Of a stretch of DNA of 64,000 nucleotides, positions 1 to 13,767 are shown in pieces (within the stretch, counting starts at the first letter, position 1; each line of letters begins with the position of its first letter). The position numbers were made by a program, and so were the translations under genes. Under the pieces are notes generated by a model. It saw only the letters and a list, made by a program, of their open reading frames with translations, was not told the DNA's origin and made no database searches. Origin of the DNA: Eledone cirrhosa (lineage: Eukaryota). The stretch is taken from positions 124,496,001-124,560,000 of the forward strand of contig OZ024743.1 in NCBI GenBank assembly GCA_964016885.1, written 5' to 3'.

Positions 1-114
1 ATGCATGAAAGGATGGATTATTCGCAGATATTTTCAAACTAGGATAAAGCATGCATGAACTAATTCTGGAAATATGGTGAGAGTATAAAGTACTAAAGGG
101 TTAGAAAGAGGCAA

Positions 115-320
115 TAATGATACCAAAGGCCAGCAGGAGGTATGCAGAAAATGTAGAGGAATAGCTCTTCTATGTGCTACTGGAAAACTTCTTGCTTCAT
201 TCATGCTTTCAAAACTAAATAATAATATATCAAACACGATCTTACCAGATCACAATGTGGCTTTTGATCTAAAAGAAATACAATTGATATGATATTAACA
301 GCACATCAAATTCAAGACTC
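115..320 (+). pseudogene. Degenerate RTE-clade LINE reverse transcriptase fragment
   Basis: Manual translation KGQQEVCRKCRGIALLCATGKLLA...ILP/SQCGF*SKRNTIDMILTAHQIQ matches the RTE RT N-terminal pattern (KG...YRGISLL...ESQCGFR..RSTIDMIF); contains a frameshift and a stop. Confidence 0.75.
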
Positions 321-525
321 AGTTTATATGAAGTGTATGTGGCCGTATATGCCTGTCAAATGCTGGCCTTATATGTCACCTACGTAAGCACGCAGAAATG
401 CCACAGGTCGAATGTGACTAATTCCTTGCAGTCAATATGACATACGGTATACATGGCAGAACATTTTCATATAAATCATTCAAATGTACATAATCTTGTC
501 TGGATCAAACAGCTATTATAATATG

Positions 526-572
<47 letters not shown>

Positions 573-752
573 CTCTTTCTCTTAATTTCGAGTATATTTT
601 TTGACCGGCCACCTTCCTGGTGGCAAGGTTGTAAAAGAAAAGAAATTGTCATCCTTTGAATCGCAAGAATGTTTTGCAAATTTTGAAGGTATGTATGTAT
701 GTATGTATGTATGTATGTATGTATGTATGTATGTATGTATGTATGTATGTAT

Positions 753-1616
753 GTTCTTCTGGTTTTATAATTTCACAAAGTTTTACCAATAGAGAGAGAG
801 TCGGTTTCTAACATAGACACAAGACTCTCTCATTGGAATTTACACAACGTCAACTAGGTAGATATGTATGTATGCATGCATGTGTAGATATGGATGTTAT
901 TGTATGTGTGGATGTGTATGTTTTGAGTTGTATGTGTGCATGTGTATATGCTTTGTACATGTGTATATGCTTTGTATCTGTACATGTGTATATGCAGTTA
1001 TTAGATGCAACATTTTTGGAATGTTTTACATATTTTTACTGTTCCATTAATGGATTGTACTTGTAATTTCCTAACTAGTTGTGTTCTTTCTGTTCCTGTG
1101 AAGCCTAGCTTCTCAAGATTTGTATTGAGGCAGTTACTAACACATCCCAGTGCCCCAATAATCACAGGCATAAATCTGAAGGTGTAATCAGGGTGGAGTA
1201 TCTGCAGATTTCTCATCAGTTCTGCATAAATATTCTCCTTTTCACTAATCTTTGATATTATATTGGAATCTGCTGGGCAGCTAATTTCCACTGCTGTGCA
1301 TGTTTTCTTCTCCCTGTCCCATATCATAATATCTGGTCTGTTATGACTGCATTTTATAGGGGTTTTTACTGGAACATTCCACCAGTACTCTTTCATATTA
1401 TGTACATGGATGTCTTCCACATTGTTGTAGCTTTTAATGTGTTTATTATTGGGGCTATCTTTTTTACGAACTGCATTGTACAGTGTTTTGGCCACTACAT
1501 CATGCCTCATAGGTAGATAGTACCGCGATGACATCTTTGGACAGATGTTAGTTCTGCAGAGTCTGCACTTGTTATCACATCTAGGTGGTTTGCCTGCATC
1601 TCTATCTCTTTTGTGA
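753..1616 (-). mobile_element. 5'-truncated R4/Dong-like LINE: restriction-like endonuclease C-terminus plus 3' UTR, flanked by (TACA)n
   Basis: ORF 1001-1616 has CRLC...RHD...WWNVPV...HNRPDIMIWD...VEISCP...EKENIY...PVIIGALG (RLE PD..E/D motif). (GTAT)n arrays lie at 689-752 and 1617-1684. The ORF track N-terminus is microsatellite. Confidence 0.85.
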
Positions 1617-1685
1617 ATGTATGTATGTATGTATGTATGTATGTATGTATGTATGTATGTATGTATGTATGTATGTATGTATGTA

Positions 1686-2135
1686 GAAGGCAACTCAGGA
1701 AACTGGGATAACTCCAATATAAAACCTGCGGCTCAGTAGTTACCGATGATGATCTTTTCTTCTTTTCGGGTTATAGCTACTGTCGCTCAGAGAGTGGGAT
1801 TGGCTCAGTGCACAGTCTTTCATCACTTTAAAAAATATCTTCACGTACAGGCATTGCATGAAAGAATTAATTAATTGTTTCTACTTTTGGCACAAGGCCA
1901 GCTATTACCCCAGTGTATTACTGGTACTTTATTTTATCGACCCCGTAAGGATGAAAGGCAAAGTTAACCTCGGCGGGATTTGAACTCAGAATGGAAAGGG
2001 CCGTAACTCTATGCCGTAACCGATACTGCCAATCCCCCGCCCTGATAGAATTAATTAATAATTATTAATAATGGTATATCGTGCAATGGCCATACTCGAT
2101 AACGAGGGGGGCAACCACCATGTATGTATGTATAT
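1686..2135 (+). mobile_element. Short non-autonomous RTE derivative (5'UTR-like piece plus RTE 3' tail) interrupted by a SINE
   Basis: 1700-1860 is a diverged match to 29270-29412. 2075-2135 (tcgtgcaatggccatactcgataacgagg...caccatgtatg) matches the RTE tail at 29668-29713. Confidence 0.6.
1876..2035 (-). mobile_element. tRNA-derived SINE (main family) with 13-bp TSD
   Basis: A box TGGCAGTATCGG, B box GAGTTCAAATCC, central gcctttcatccttacggggtcgataaaataaagtaccag; TSD agaattaattaat at 1863-1875 and 2047-2059. Confidence 0.9.
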
Positions 2136-2359
2136 GAAGTTGGTGTTTTAAAGTAAATTAGAAACAGCAGTTAATATTCATTGGGAAAACAGCACGTGAT
2201 GCAAACACAAATAAAAAGTAAACTGGTATAACTATACGTATTAAATATTATATACAGTATATATATGTTTGCATAGCTTCCTAAACCGTATTTCTTTAGA
2301 AATACGAAATTTCTATACAAATTGTATAAAGCTATGCTGGAAGCGACATCTTATTTCTT

Positions 2360-2392
<33 letters not shown>

Positions 2393-2403
2393 AGTTATTC
2401 CGT

Positions 2404-2452
2404 GCTTCCTGATGATTTCTCACGAATGAAACAGTTCTTGTCCTGTAGAAGT
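2404..2452 (+). ncRNA. Type I hammerhead ribozyme in a short (TA)n-embedded pLTR fragment
   Basis: gcttc-CTGATGA-tttctcacgaat-GAAAC-ag..ct-GTA-gaagt; stems I and III pair. Confidence 0.8.
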
Positions 2453-2458
2453 TTTTCT

Positions 2459-2545
<87 letters not shown>

Positions 2546-3569
2546 AGATACTATTAATAGTTATGTGTATACTATACTATAGACAACTATAAACAGAAGG
2601 TCAGTAATTTATTACTACCTTATTACCAGTAAGATAAATAGCTCAATGTAAGAACATCAGTTGTTTTACAGAGCAGTAATATTGAATACACAAGAATCAA
2701 AGTTATGTTTAAAACATTTAATCGCTGACAATTGTTTCTTCTAAACCTAGGCTTGGAATCTTCGGAGCATTATTAATGTTTGTACACACAATTAACCTCC
2801 TATTCAACTGAAGAATCATACAGATACATATGTATTGACAACAGTTTCATGTTTACAGTGTGGAATGTATGCGACATATATTATATTATACTATAATTGT
2901 ACAATAATTCAACTTAAGATTAAAATCAAAATTAAATTTAAAATTAAAAGCATAGGGTGGAATACATGCGACAGATAATACATGAGAATAGTCTAATAAT
3001 TAAATTAAAGAGATAGTACATGCGTTAGTCATATATAAAGGAATAGAACAAGCACATGTATCATGCATATATGAGTACTGTATGGGAAGGTATTACATGA
3101 AATACAAGCAATACAAGCACTTTAAACGAATATGTTAGTGTATTATGGTGGTTGCAATGCGAGGATATTTTCTGTATAGTTCAAATTTATATGTGTGTAG
3201 AAAAAGAAAGTTACAGATTTCACATCCATTACATAAGTTACGATATATTTGTATTGAATGTTTGTTATAGTAATGTATTGTAATGTATTGTAACTTATTT
3301 AATCCATATTTATAGATTAGAGTTGTTCAGCTGCGAGAATTTTCAACGGTTTAATATCCGGAAGTGGATATGGAATTAAGCGGAGCTAATGCGTAAGGGG
3401 AGGTAACTAGCTCATTATAATAATTAAATTCATTGCTCTAATAGACATTATATGGTGCCTCAATTGAGTCCCTTATATAAAAAGTTATATATTTATATTT
3501 AATTTTAAATAGTCTACTCTCTCATAATATATTAAAGGTTTCATTAGAAAGTTGTCCACCCAATATTGA

Positions 3570-3754
3570 TGGATTGGCAGTGTCGGTAGAGGGTCGGACG
3601 CCATGCTTTGCAGCAAAGAGTTACGACCCTTTATGATCTGAGTTCAAATCCCGCCGAAGTTAACTTTGCCTTTCATCCTTACGGGGTCGATAAAATAAAG
3701 TACCAGTAATACACTGGGATAATTGCTGGCCTTGTGCCAAAAGTAGAAACAATT
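3570..3754 (+). mobile_element. tRNA-derived SINE inserted in the PLE 3' region
   Basis: Same A/B boxes and core as the 1876-2035 copy. Confidence 0.9.
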
Positions 3755-4360
3755 ATATAGTGCCATGTTTGAATTTCCCATACAAAGTGTTATATATTTA
3801 TATTTAATTTAATTTTAAATACAGTCTACTCTCTCAAAATATATTAAAGGTTTTATTAGCTTGTTGTCTACCCAATATCTGGTAAGCTATGGAATAAAGT
3901 ATAGCTGTTTGCATGATAAATTAGATACATCTCTTGAGTAAATAAATCCATCCTCTATATACAATGTTATTAATCTATACATTTAATTATAAATGTATAT
4001 ATAATTCATTGTTCCATATTACATTTAAGTTAGATAAATCCCTTATGTTAATAAATTAATCCTATATATACAATGTTATTAATTTATACATTTAATTATA
4101 AATGTATATATAATTCATTGTTACATTTAATATTTAAAGTTTATATATATTGTATTATATTTCAATCACTATATAATTATAAGTAATCTAAAGTAATTAT
4201 ATTAAAAGGTGGTGACTATAAGAATATTTCTAGAGTATAAAGTTATAGAAAAAATGATTTGTGTAGAGGAAAGTGTGGATCAAAGAGTGTGATGCAGTGG
4301 TGGAAGGCAAGTCCTAGAGGTGAAGTGTTAATGGTGGTGATGAGATCAAATCTAACATTG

Positions 4361-6814
4361 TTATATACTAGGTTTAAAGCTATGGAATGAGTGTCGGAAG
4401 CGGTGCTGGCACGATGCAAACACTTCCGATTTTTTATTAAGGAGGTTAAGATTCGAAAAGATTATAGTATGGGTCTCTAGTAGACAGAGGTTACAAAATT
4501 CATTAGGTGGTTTATACGATGCAGCCCTACCTACTACTTCCCATTGAAGTGTATATGATCTATTCCTAGTTTTCAGATAGTGTATGTAGCTAGATAGTGA
4601 AGTGGAGTTGGTTAGATTGTGTTTTTTGAAAGAATGGAGGTGTGAGTTGTATCTCGTCTTGAAGCAGTTCGAAGTAGAGCCTATATAGGTTTTAGAAGAG
4701 TTGTTAGTGTTGACCGTGTATGAGTAAATGATGTCCTTGATTAAGCAGTTGTTACCTAAAGGGCAGGTTCTATTTGATCTACAGTTACATTTATTTTGTA
4801 TGTTATCTTGTCGGTTATTATGTTGTGTAGAAGTCTGGTTGCTAAGTATTGCATTAGAGCTATGATGGTTGTCGTTCCTAATGTTATTGATTTCATTAGT
4901 GTTATTGCTATTATTACTATTGTTATTAGGGTTTGTAGTTATTATGTTGTTTTGAAAGTTTACCTCCTGCTGTGTTTTAATTTGTTGAAAATAAGTATTA
5001 ATCTTTCTTTTATTACTACTAGCTATATGGTATGCTATGTTAGGTGTGGTAGAGTAGGAGATTTTAATGGTGTTTTTATTTATAAGACTATGGTACTTGT
5101 GGCCAGATGGGAAGTTTTTTCCAGGATTGAGAAGAAAGCCTTAGGTAAGTTGGTAGAGACGTTTAGATTGAAAGGGGGATTGAAAAATGTATTAGTTCTT
5201 CTATTTTTGTTTTTTTATATCTATTGAGGTATTTCAGTTTATAATATTTTGGTGTCTACTTTGGTGCGAGTTAAGTTTGATACTACCCTTCGTATTAGTG
5301 TAAGGGTGGTTATTATTCTTATTACTATTTTTCCTCATGGCCATATTGTGAGAAATAATGTAACCATGTGATTTTATAGGTAGGAACTCAATCCCATTAT
5401 TATAGCCTGATTTAGCTAATGCCTGATTATAGTATTATGAATTATTGCTAAATATGGTTTCGTTATAAGATAGATTAGAGATTCTATTAGATATTCCTTT
5501 AGTGATTGAGTTTAATATAGATCTAGGGTGGTTAGACTTGGTATCTACATAAATTAGTTTTTCGTTAGGTTTATGAAAGGGTGTATATATTTTAGAATCT
5601 AGGTAAGGGGTAGCATCAAGGAAGTTAACATTTTTAGCTTTTTTGTCTATGGTGATACTTAAGTTATAGTTTTTGAAAGTTTTATGTAATAGTTTCCTAG
5701 TTCTTTCTATATTAAATTTTTTATAGTCTATAAGGCGTAGTGCATCATCGCGGTATAAACCACCGTTGAAGTATGGTAGGTCCTTTTGGATTTCATTTAG
5801 TAGATATAGGCCCACTAAATCAGTGACCTGCGCCGAGTCACTAGATCCCATAGTTATGTCAAAATTGTTATGCGTATCCTTGCGGGTCCAGAATTGATCT
5901 TCAAATGTAATTATAGTTTTACGAGCCGCAAGTATGACATCAATCTGGGATTTAGTCAGGTCACTATTGTTCATGGCCATAATGAGTGCCTTATTTAATA
6001 GGATTGGGGAAATAGAGTTGTAGTATGAATTGATATCAAATTGTATACATTTTTTATTTTTGTTCTCTTTAATATCCTTAAACCATTCAATAACTTCACC
6101 TGTATTTCCCCACTGTTTAAGGTATATTTTGTGCTTCATCTGTGGGATGATTTTATCTAAAATTTTATTACTGATAATGCCAATGTCAGATTTGGAAGGG
6201 CAGATTAGTCTTATCGAAGGGTTACTAATGAAATCTTCCTTATGGTCCTTCAGAGAGAATCTTGGGGGGTTAAGGATGTATGGCTGTGTATGCCTCTGAA
6301 GTCCCAATTTAGACACTATACTACGGCCTTCCAAATTAATATCTTCTAGGTTTTTAATAGTAGTTTTCTTATAGCTCCTGTGTAGTTCTTTATATATAAA
6401 TTTTTTATAAGTATCATAATCTAGGCTATATATATTATTAGTTTTATCTGCATGTACAATAATTTTATTATTTGTATTGAATTCTTTAATAGAGGAGTTA
6501 AGTTTGTTTAAGAAGGTGTTGTTTCTATTACGATGCTTTTTGTATTTAATGTTCTTAACTAGTTTTATTAGGTCATTTCAAAAGAGTTTAATAGTGTGTT
6601 GTGAGGAGGGCTTTTAAAAGTTTTAAAGCCGAAGGAGTCAAACTTGTTAGTATCATCGGTTTTTGTTAGATCTGTTTTTATCATAATGGAATGTCCTCCA
6701 TCTCACTCTATTGATAAAGGAGTTGACACTATTGATCAATAATTTTTCGTATGTATCTTTAGATGGTATTGGTATGTTCTTAGTAGACATAGGAAGGTAG
6801 TCTTTGATCAGCAT
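4361..6814 (-). pseudogene. PLE polyprotein (RT + C-terminal GIY-YIG endonuclease), disrupted
   Basis: MSTKNIPIPSKDTY...RVRWR; LKDHKEDFISNPSIRLICPSKSDIG; QFDINSYY; ITMGSSDSAQVTDLVG; LYRDDAL; C-terminus CNLCLLE...LLNKKSEVFASCQH. Has frameshifts and a TAA at 5435. Confidence 0.9.
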
Positions 6815-7555
6815 ACTGGTAATTTAATGTATGTTAGCTCAACAGTATGGAGCAGTTAATAATATTAAAGATGCTATTAATAGTTATGTATATACTATAC
6901 TATAGACAACTATAAACAGGGAAGGTCAGTAATTTATTACTACCTTATTACCAGTAAGATAAATAGCTCAATGTAAGAACACCAGTTGTTTTACAGAGCA
7001 GTAATATTGAATACACAAGAATCAAAGTTATGTTTAAAACATTTAATCGCTGACAATTGTTTCTCCCAAACCTAGGCTTGGAATCTTCGGAGCATTATTA
7101 ATGTTTGTACACACAATTAACTCCTGAAGAATCATACAGATACTTATATATTGACAATAGTTTCATGTTTACAGTGTGGAATGTATGCGACATATATTAT
7201 ATTATACTATAATTGTACAATAATTCAAATTAAGATTAAAATCAAAATTAAATTTAAAATTAAAAGCATAGGGTGGAATACATACAACAGATAATACAAG
7301 AGAATAGTCTAATAATTAAATTAAAGAGATAGTACATGCGTTAGTCATATATAAATGAATGGAACAAGCAAATGTATCATGCATATATGAGTACTGTATG
7401 GGAAGGTATTACATGAAATACAAGCAATACAAGCACTTTAAGCGAATATGTTAGTGTATTATGGTGGTTGCAATGCGAGGATATTTTCTGTATAGTTCAA
7501 ATTTGTATGTGTGTAGAAAAAGAAAGTTTCAGATTGTGTGTACAAACATTAATAA

Positions 7556-7602
7556 TGCTCCGAAGATTCCAAGCCTAGGTTTGGAAGAAACAATTGTCAG
7601 CG
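7556..7602 (+). ncRNA. HHR (U4C core variant) in pLTR; further copies on the minus strand at 2723-2769 and 7048-7094
   Basis: tgct-CCGAAGA-ttccaagcc/ggtttggaa-GAAAC-aatt-GTC-agcg; palindromic stem III ACAATTGT. Confidence 0.75.
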
Positions 7603-7640
7603 ATTAAATGTTTTAAACATAACTTTGATTCTTGTGTATT

Positions 7641-7746
<106 letters not shown>

Positions 7747-7879
7747 AGGCTTTCGCCGTATTCTTGACTAACGAAAGTTTAGCCTGATAGTCAAGCCTTC
7801 TAAGAAAAGGAGAAAAATACAGCGAAAGCTTCTATTTCTAATTTCAAACTCGCTCGCTGTTTCAAAAGAAACTTGCTTG

Positions 7880-7964
<85 letters not shown>

Positions 7965-8587
7965 TTCTGTGTGTGCGTGCATGTGTATGCGTGTGTGTGT
8001 GCATGTGTGCGTGTGCGTGCATCTGTGCATGTGTGTGTGCATGTGTGTATGTGTGTGCATGTGCGTGTGTGTGTGCATGTGTATGTGTGTGTATGTGATT
8101 CTGGTAGCAGCAGCTGCTAAAGTAAAAACAACTATACGAAAGATGTCACACATGTGACACCATACGAATACGACTGGAGAGCGTCTCTATCTTACTTAAG
8201 ATTTCGTCATTACACATATGGTTCCCTTGCTTTTATCTCAGCTTGACTTGTTTTGTCTGGGTACAATGAATGAATAACTATAGCATATTGTGGTAAATAT
8301 CAAAACTTCAATGGGAGAATTACGGCTCTTACTATTTATCGATCACTAAATAAAGGTCAACACGAAACAATCGATATTAGTAATATGACTCCTATATAAG
8401 GAGAAGGAAGCCGAATACAGTATTTATAGACAGTATGATTCACCTATGAGAAACTATTGCGAGGTGTAAGCAGCATTATCGAACCATGATTAATGATTCA
8501 CTTAGTCAAGCATCTGAATAATAAATCACCTCTCAGTTGCGATGGATATGTTAAAGCTTATCAAAGTTGATATCATGGTAGATCACA

Positions 8588-8625
<38 letters not shown>

Positions 8626-8630
<5 letters not shown>

Positions 8631-8880
8631 CTGTCCTACGCCATCTTGTTGGCGTAGGACAGAACAAAGGAGAGGCACAAAAAACAAAGTAAAGAATCCC
8701 CAGTCACTGAAGAGGTCACAGAATGTGTGACGAAAGAACTTTGACAATATATGAACAATCATCTGGTTGTGGAACTAACCAACCGGAAATTTATAAATTC
8801 CTAAATTTATAAGTTGAAGTGAAAGCAACTGGTGCGTGTGTTTCTTATTGGCAACATGACCCTCCCAAAGTATAGCAATA
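8626..8880 (+). mobile_element. Short HHR-bearing pLTR family B (HHR 8703-8745) with small 5' fold-back
   Basis: gtca-CTGAAGA-g-gtcaca/tgtgac-GAAAG-aa-CTT-tgac; ends atgaccctcccaaagtatagcaa then (TA)n. Confidence 0.75.
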
Positions 8881-9217
8881 TATATATATATATATATGTT
8901 TATATATATGTATATATATATATATATATATGTTTATATATATGTATATATATATGTTTATATATGTTTATATATATATATATGTTTATATATATGTTTA
9001 TATATATATATATGTTTATATATATGTTTATATATATATATATATATATGTTTATATATATGTTTATATATATATATATTTATGTTTATATATATATATA
9101 TATATATGTTTATATATGTATATACATATGTTTATATTTGTATATATATATATATGTTTATATATATATATATGTTTATATATATATATGTTTATATATA
9201 TGTTTATATATATATAT

Positions 9218-9279
<62 letters not shown>

Positions 9280-9322
9280 TACTAATAATAAATTTGAAGA
9301 CTAAAATTTCATACTTGATGAC

Positions 9323-9387
<65 letters not shown>

Positions 9388-9451
9388 TCATCAAGTATGA
9401 AATTTGTTTTTTTTCTACAAATTCCTATAAATTTCATACATGATGACCCTA

Positions 9452-9505
<54 letters not shown>

Positions 9506-11322
9506 GCGTGTGTGTGTGTGTGCGTGAGTGTGTTTGATTGTTTGTATGTGTTTTGTGTGTGTGTGTGTGTGAGTGTGTGTTTGTTTGTGTGTGTATGTGT
9601 GTATGTGTGATCGTGCGTGTATGTGTGTATGTATGTGTGTGTGTGTCTGTGAATGTGTTTGTTTGTTTGTGTGAATATGTGTGCATGTGTGTGTTTGTGT
9701 GTGTATGTGTGTGTGGGGGGATGTGAGTGTATGTGTGCGTCTCTGTGAGTGTGTGTCCATGTGTGTCTGTGTGAGTGTGTTTGTTTGTTTGTGTGTATGT
9801 GTGTGCTTGTGTGTGTGTGTGTGCTTATGTGTGTGTGTGTGTGAGTGTATTTGTTTGTTTGTGTGTATGTGTGTGCTTGTGTGTGTGTGTGTGCATGTGT
9901 ATGTGTATGTGTATGTGGGTGTATGTGTGTGTCGATTATGTATAGATTTTATATTTTTATTTTGTTCTTTATTGTATTGGAAATATTCTAGGTTATGTGT
10001 GCTCACTGCTTAGCCTTGTTATTCTCTATTCTTTATGTATTCATTGTAAGTCCTGTGGATTTGATCATACATTTGTCTACGTCTGTTTAATCAAACCCAA
10101 GAAACAATATATAAATAAATATTTTAGAGATAACGATAATTGTGAGGAATCTGATATGAAATACCACAAGGTGCATAAAAACAAATAATGTTTATCAAAT
10201 ATAACACTCCAGATATCTGAATACCATTAAATATAACATTATTTTAGAAATAGACTGACAGAATCGTTAAATTGAGAGAGAAATGGTATTTACCTTTTGA
10301 ATTTATCTCTAATTATTCTGAGATCGTTAAAATGAAGTATTAATGATACATACATATAGTTACACACATAAATGTATTCATACATACACAAACACGCACA
10401 TATACATAATCGAGTATTGGGTCGATCTAAGCGTTATATATCGCCTTCGAAACTGTCACATCTCAGTACAGTTGTCTCTTAACAAGCTGATACATTTTAT
10501 TTCTTAAAGGGAGACGGAGTGTCGTACAGCGTCGATGTGATTTTCATAAATATTAGCTGTGATTTAGAATTGATTCATAGTTGTTTCACACAAGTCATGT
10601 TATTAATACTCCTGGGAAAGATAAAAACGACCCCCATCTCCCCATTCCATCACATAAAAATCTTAATTGATTACAAAGATAAAAAAGTAAATATTTAAAT
10701 GTAAGTTGTTTCTGTGTTTTGCGCACTTAACGGATTGAACAGAAACTATTGCATTAGACATATGGTTTCGAGTTCGATTCTGTTTTGCAGGACCTTGGAT
10801 AGCCAGTTTATACTGTAAGGTCGGGTCAACTGAATCCTTATGCATGAAATATGTTAGACAAAAATTGTGTAATCCTGTCAAATGAACTATTTCTGTTCTT
10901 GGGAGACAGACGTAATTCGTCGCGCCGTTTAAAATCATATCTAGAGCTTGGATTCATTTAGTGGAGTTGACTCAGTAGCAAGAATTCTTACTAGGTCTCC
11001 AGTCAGATGGTAAATTCCTCTATTTCTCTCACCAGCCATAAATGTCCTGAAAAAGATTCATAGATGCTGAATTTCTTCCGCTAACTTCTCCTTAATTTAT
11101 CGTTTCCTTCCGAAGGATTTGAATTCGTAACGTAATGGGACAAAACTAAGTAACACGAGGCATTTTATCCGACATTCTATAGGTTTCTCTTTGTTAGATT
11201 TTTTGAGTAGACACTATACCAATGTTTATAGAGGTGGGCACAGATTGAATCAAGTGAAGAATATTATAATATTGACTATTTTATAGAATACTGAATGGTA
11301 ACCTTCCATTCTTTCTCCCCCA

Positions 11323-11439
<117 letters not shown>

Positions 11440-11536
11440 GGCCAGGTCGATACAGATCGAACCTTGAGCTGATCAATAGTGAAACGCGCGTCACCAAACA
11501 ATAAACGTAGTGAAGGCTTAACATATCATCCTTGTG

Positions 11537-11696
11537 AGGGTCGGACGCCATGCTTTCCAGCACAGTTACGTCCCTTTACGATCTGAATTCAAATCCCGCC
11601 GAGGTTGACTTTGCCTTTCATCCTTACGGGGTCGATAAAATAAAGTACCAGTAATGCACTGGGTAATTGCTGGCCTTGTGCCAAAAAGTAGAAACA

Positions 11697-11734
<38 letters not shown>

Positions 11735-11805
11735 TGGGTCGATTAAATAAAGTACCAGTAATGCACTGGGTATTTGCTGGCCTTGTGCCAAATGTAGAAA
11801 CAATT
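11537..11805 (+). mobile_element. tRNA-derived SINE, 5'-truncated, with duplicated 3' end
   Basis: B box and core present; (TTA)n tail followed by a second 3' segment at 11735-11805. Confidence 0.85.
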
Positions 11806-11811
11806 ATTAGC

Positions 11812-11872
<61 letters not shown>

Positions 11873-12295
11873 GGCAGGGTGGGGCGGTTTGTCTAGCTAT
11901 TCTGTCACTTTCATCCTTTACCCCCATGTCACTTCTCCCCAGATTTTCGATCTTTTATGAACTAGCCCTCCGGCAGTTCAATTCGATTTGCTGTCGTCTC
12001 TTTAATCACTCTTCATTTCAGAACGACTTTATCTATTATTAATATTTTTTTCTTCACATACTTTTGTTGCACATCGATGTTCTGTCCTGTTATGATGATG
12101 TTTGTTTGCTTTTTAGTGTGGAGCATCCTGTGCTTCGTATTTTCACTTTTGGCTTTGTCTTCATTGTTAATCGAAAAATAAAATTATATCTTGTGCTATG
12201 GTATGTTTTTGTGAATCGTATTGTATTTCAATCCCTAACTATTTGTCAGTGTTTGGTGTTCACTTTATCCCTACTCAGATTTTTGACACACACAA

Positions 12296-12438
<143 letters not shown>

Positions 12439-12544
12439 CAGGATATCCGCAGGTAAAAAGCGAAGGAAAACAATGCTCAATATAAATAAAATTTCATTTT
12501 GTCCAAAAGAAAGGCAAAGGCCGATACAGCTTGGCACCAGTAAC

Positions 12545-12680
12545 GTCACAACTCATTACTACAGCTGAGCAACGTGAAATCAAGTGCCTTGCTCAAGAAC
12601 ACAACGCAGAGCCTGGTTCGAGAATCGAACTAACAACCTCACGATTGTAAGGCCGACGCTCTAAGCACTAAGGCGCATGA
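12545..12680 (-). mobile_element. Second tRNA-derived SINE family (also 26320-26440 minus, 24815-25050 plus)
   Basis: Minus strand has tagtgcttagagcgtcgg...gttcgattc followed by gtgttcttgagcaaggcacttgatttcacgttgctc. Confidence 0.7.
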
Positions 12681-12769
12681 TATACATATAAATAATTTTA
12701 TCCCGGGTCCAATCGGGGATAACCACAGTAGGTAAGGTACTCAATACATAGCAGAGTATAAATATATAT

Positions 12770-12843
<74 letters not shown>

Positions 12844-12967
12844 AATGTATATATATTATATATATATATTATATATATTATATATATATATATATAATAT
12901 ATATAATATATATAATATATATATATATAATATATATATATAATATATATATATTATATATATATAT

Positions 12968-12999
<32 letters not shown>

Positions 13000-13315
13000 A
13001 TATTATATATATATATAATATATATATTATATATATATATAATATATATATAATATATATATTATATATAATATATATATAATATATATAATATATATAT
13101 ATATTATATATAATATATATATAATATATATATATAATATATATATATTATATATATATAATATATATATATATAATATATATATATATAATATATATAT
13201 ATATAATATATATATATAATATATATATATAATATATATATATTATATATATATATAATATATATATATAATATATATATATAATATATATATATTATAT
13301 ATATATATGTATGAA

Positions 13316-13347
<32 letters not shown>

Positions 13348-13411
13348 TATATATATATGAAATATATATATATATATATATCATATATATATATTATATA
13401 TATATATATAT

Positions 13412-13459
<48 letters not shown>

Positions 13460-13531
13460 TATATATATATATGTTATATATATATATTATATATATTATA
13501 TATATATATATATAATATATATATATTATAT

Positions 13532-13574
<43 letters not shown>

Positions 13575-13688
13575 TATATTATATATATATATAATATATA
13601 TATATTATATATATATATATAATATATATATATATAATATATATATATTATATATATATATAATATATATATATTATATATATATATA

Positions 13689-13720
<32 letters not shown>

Positions 13721-13767
13721 ATATATATATATTATCTCTCTCTCTCTCTCTCTCTGTATATATATAT

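Noticed and set aside
4796-5227. 143-aa hydrophobic plus-strand ORF
   Set aside because: Antisense shadow of the A-rich PLE linker region.
4361-6814. Selenoprotein-type Naiad (in-frame UGA plus SECIS)
   Set aside because: The interruptions I could read are TAA (5435), TAG (~38777 in the other element) and frameshifts; no convincing SECIS seen.
10663-11015. Possible host exon (acceptor-like ttttgcag at 10790, gtaaat at 11010)
   Set aside because: All plus frames hit stops and the minus ORFs resemble nothing I recognise.
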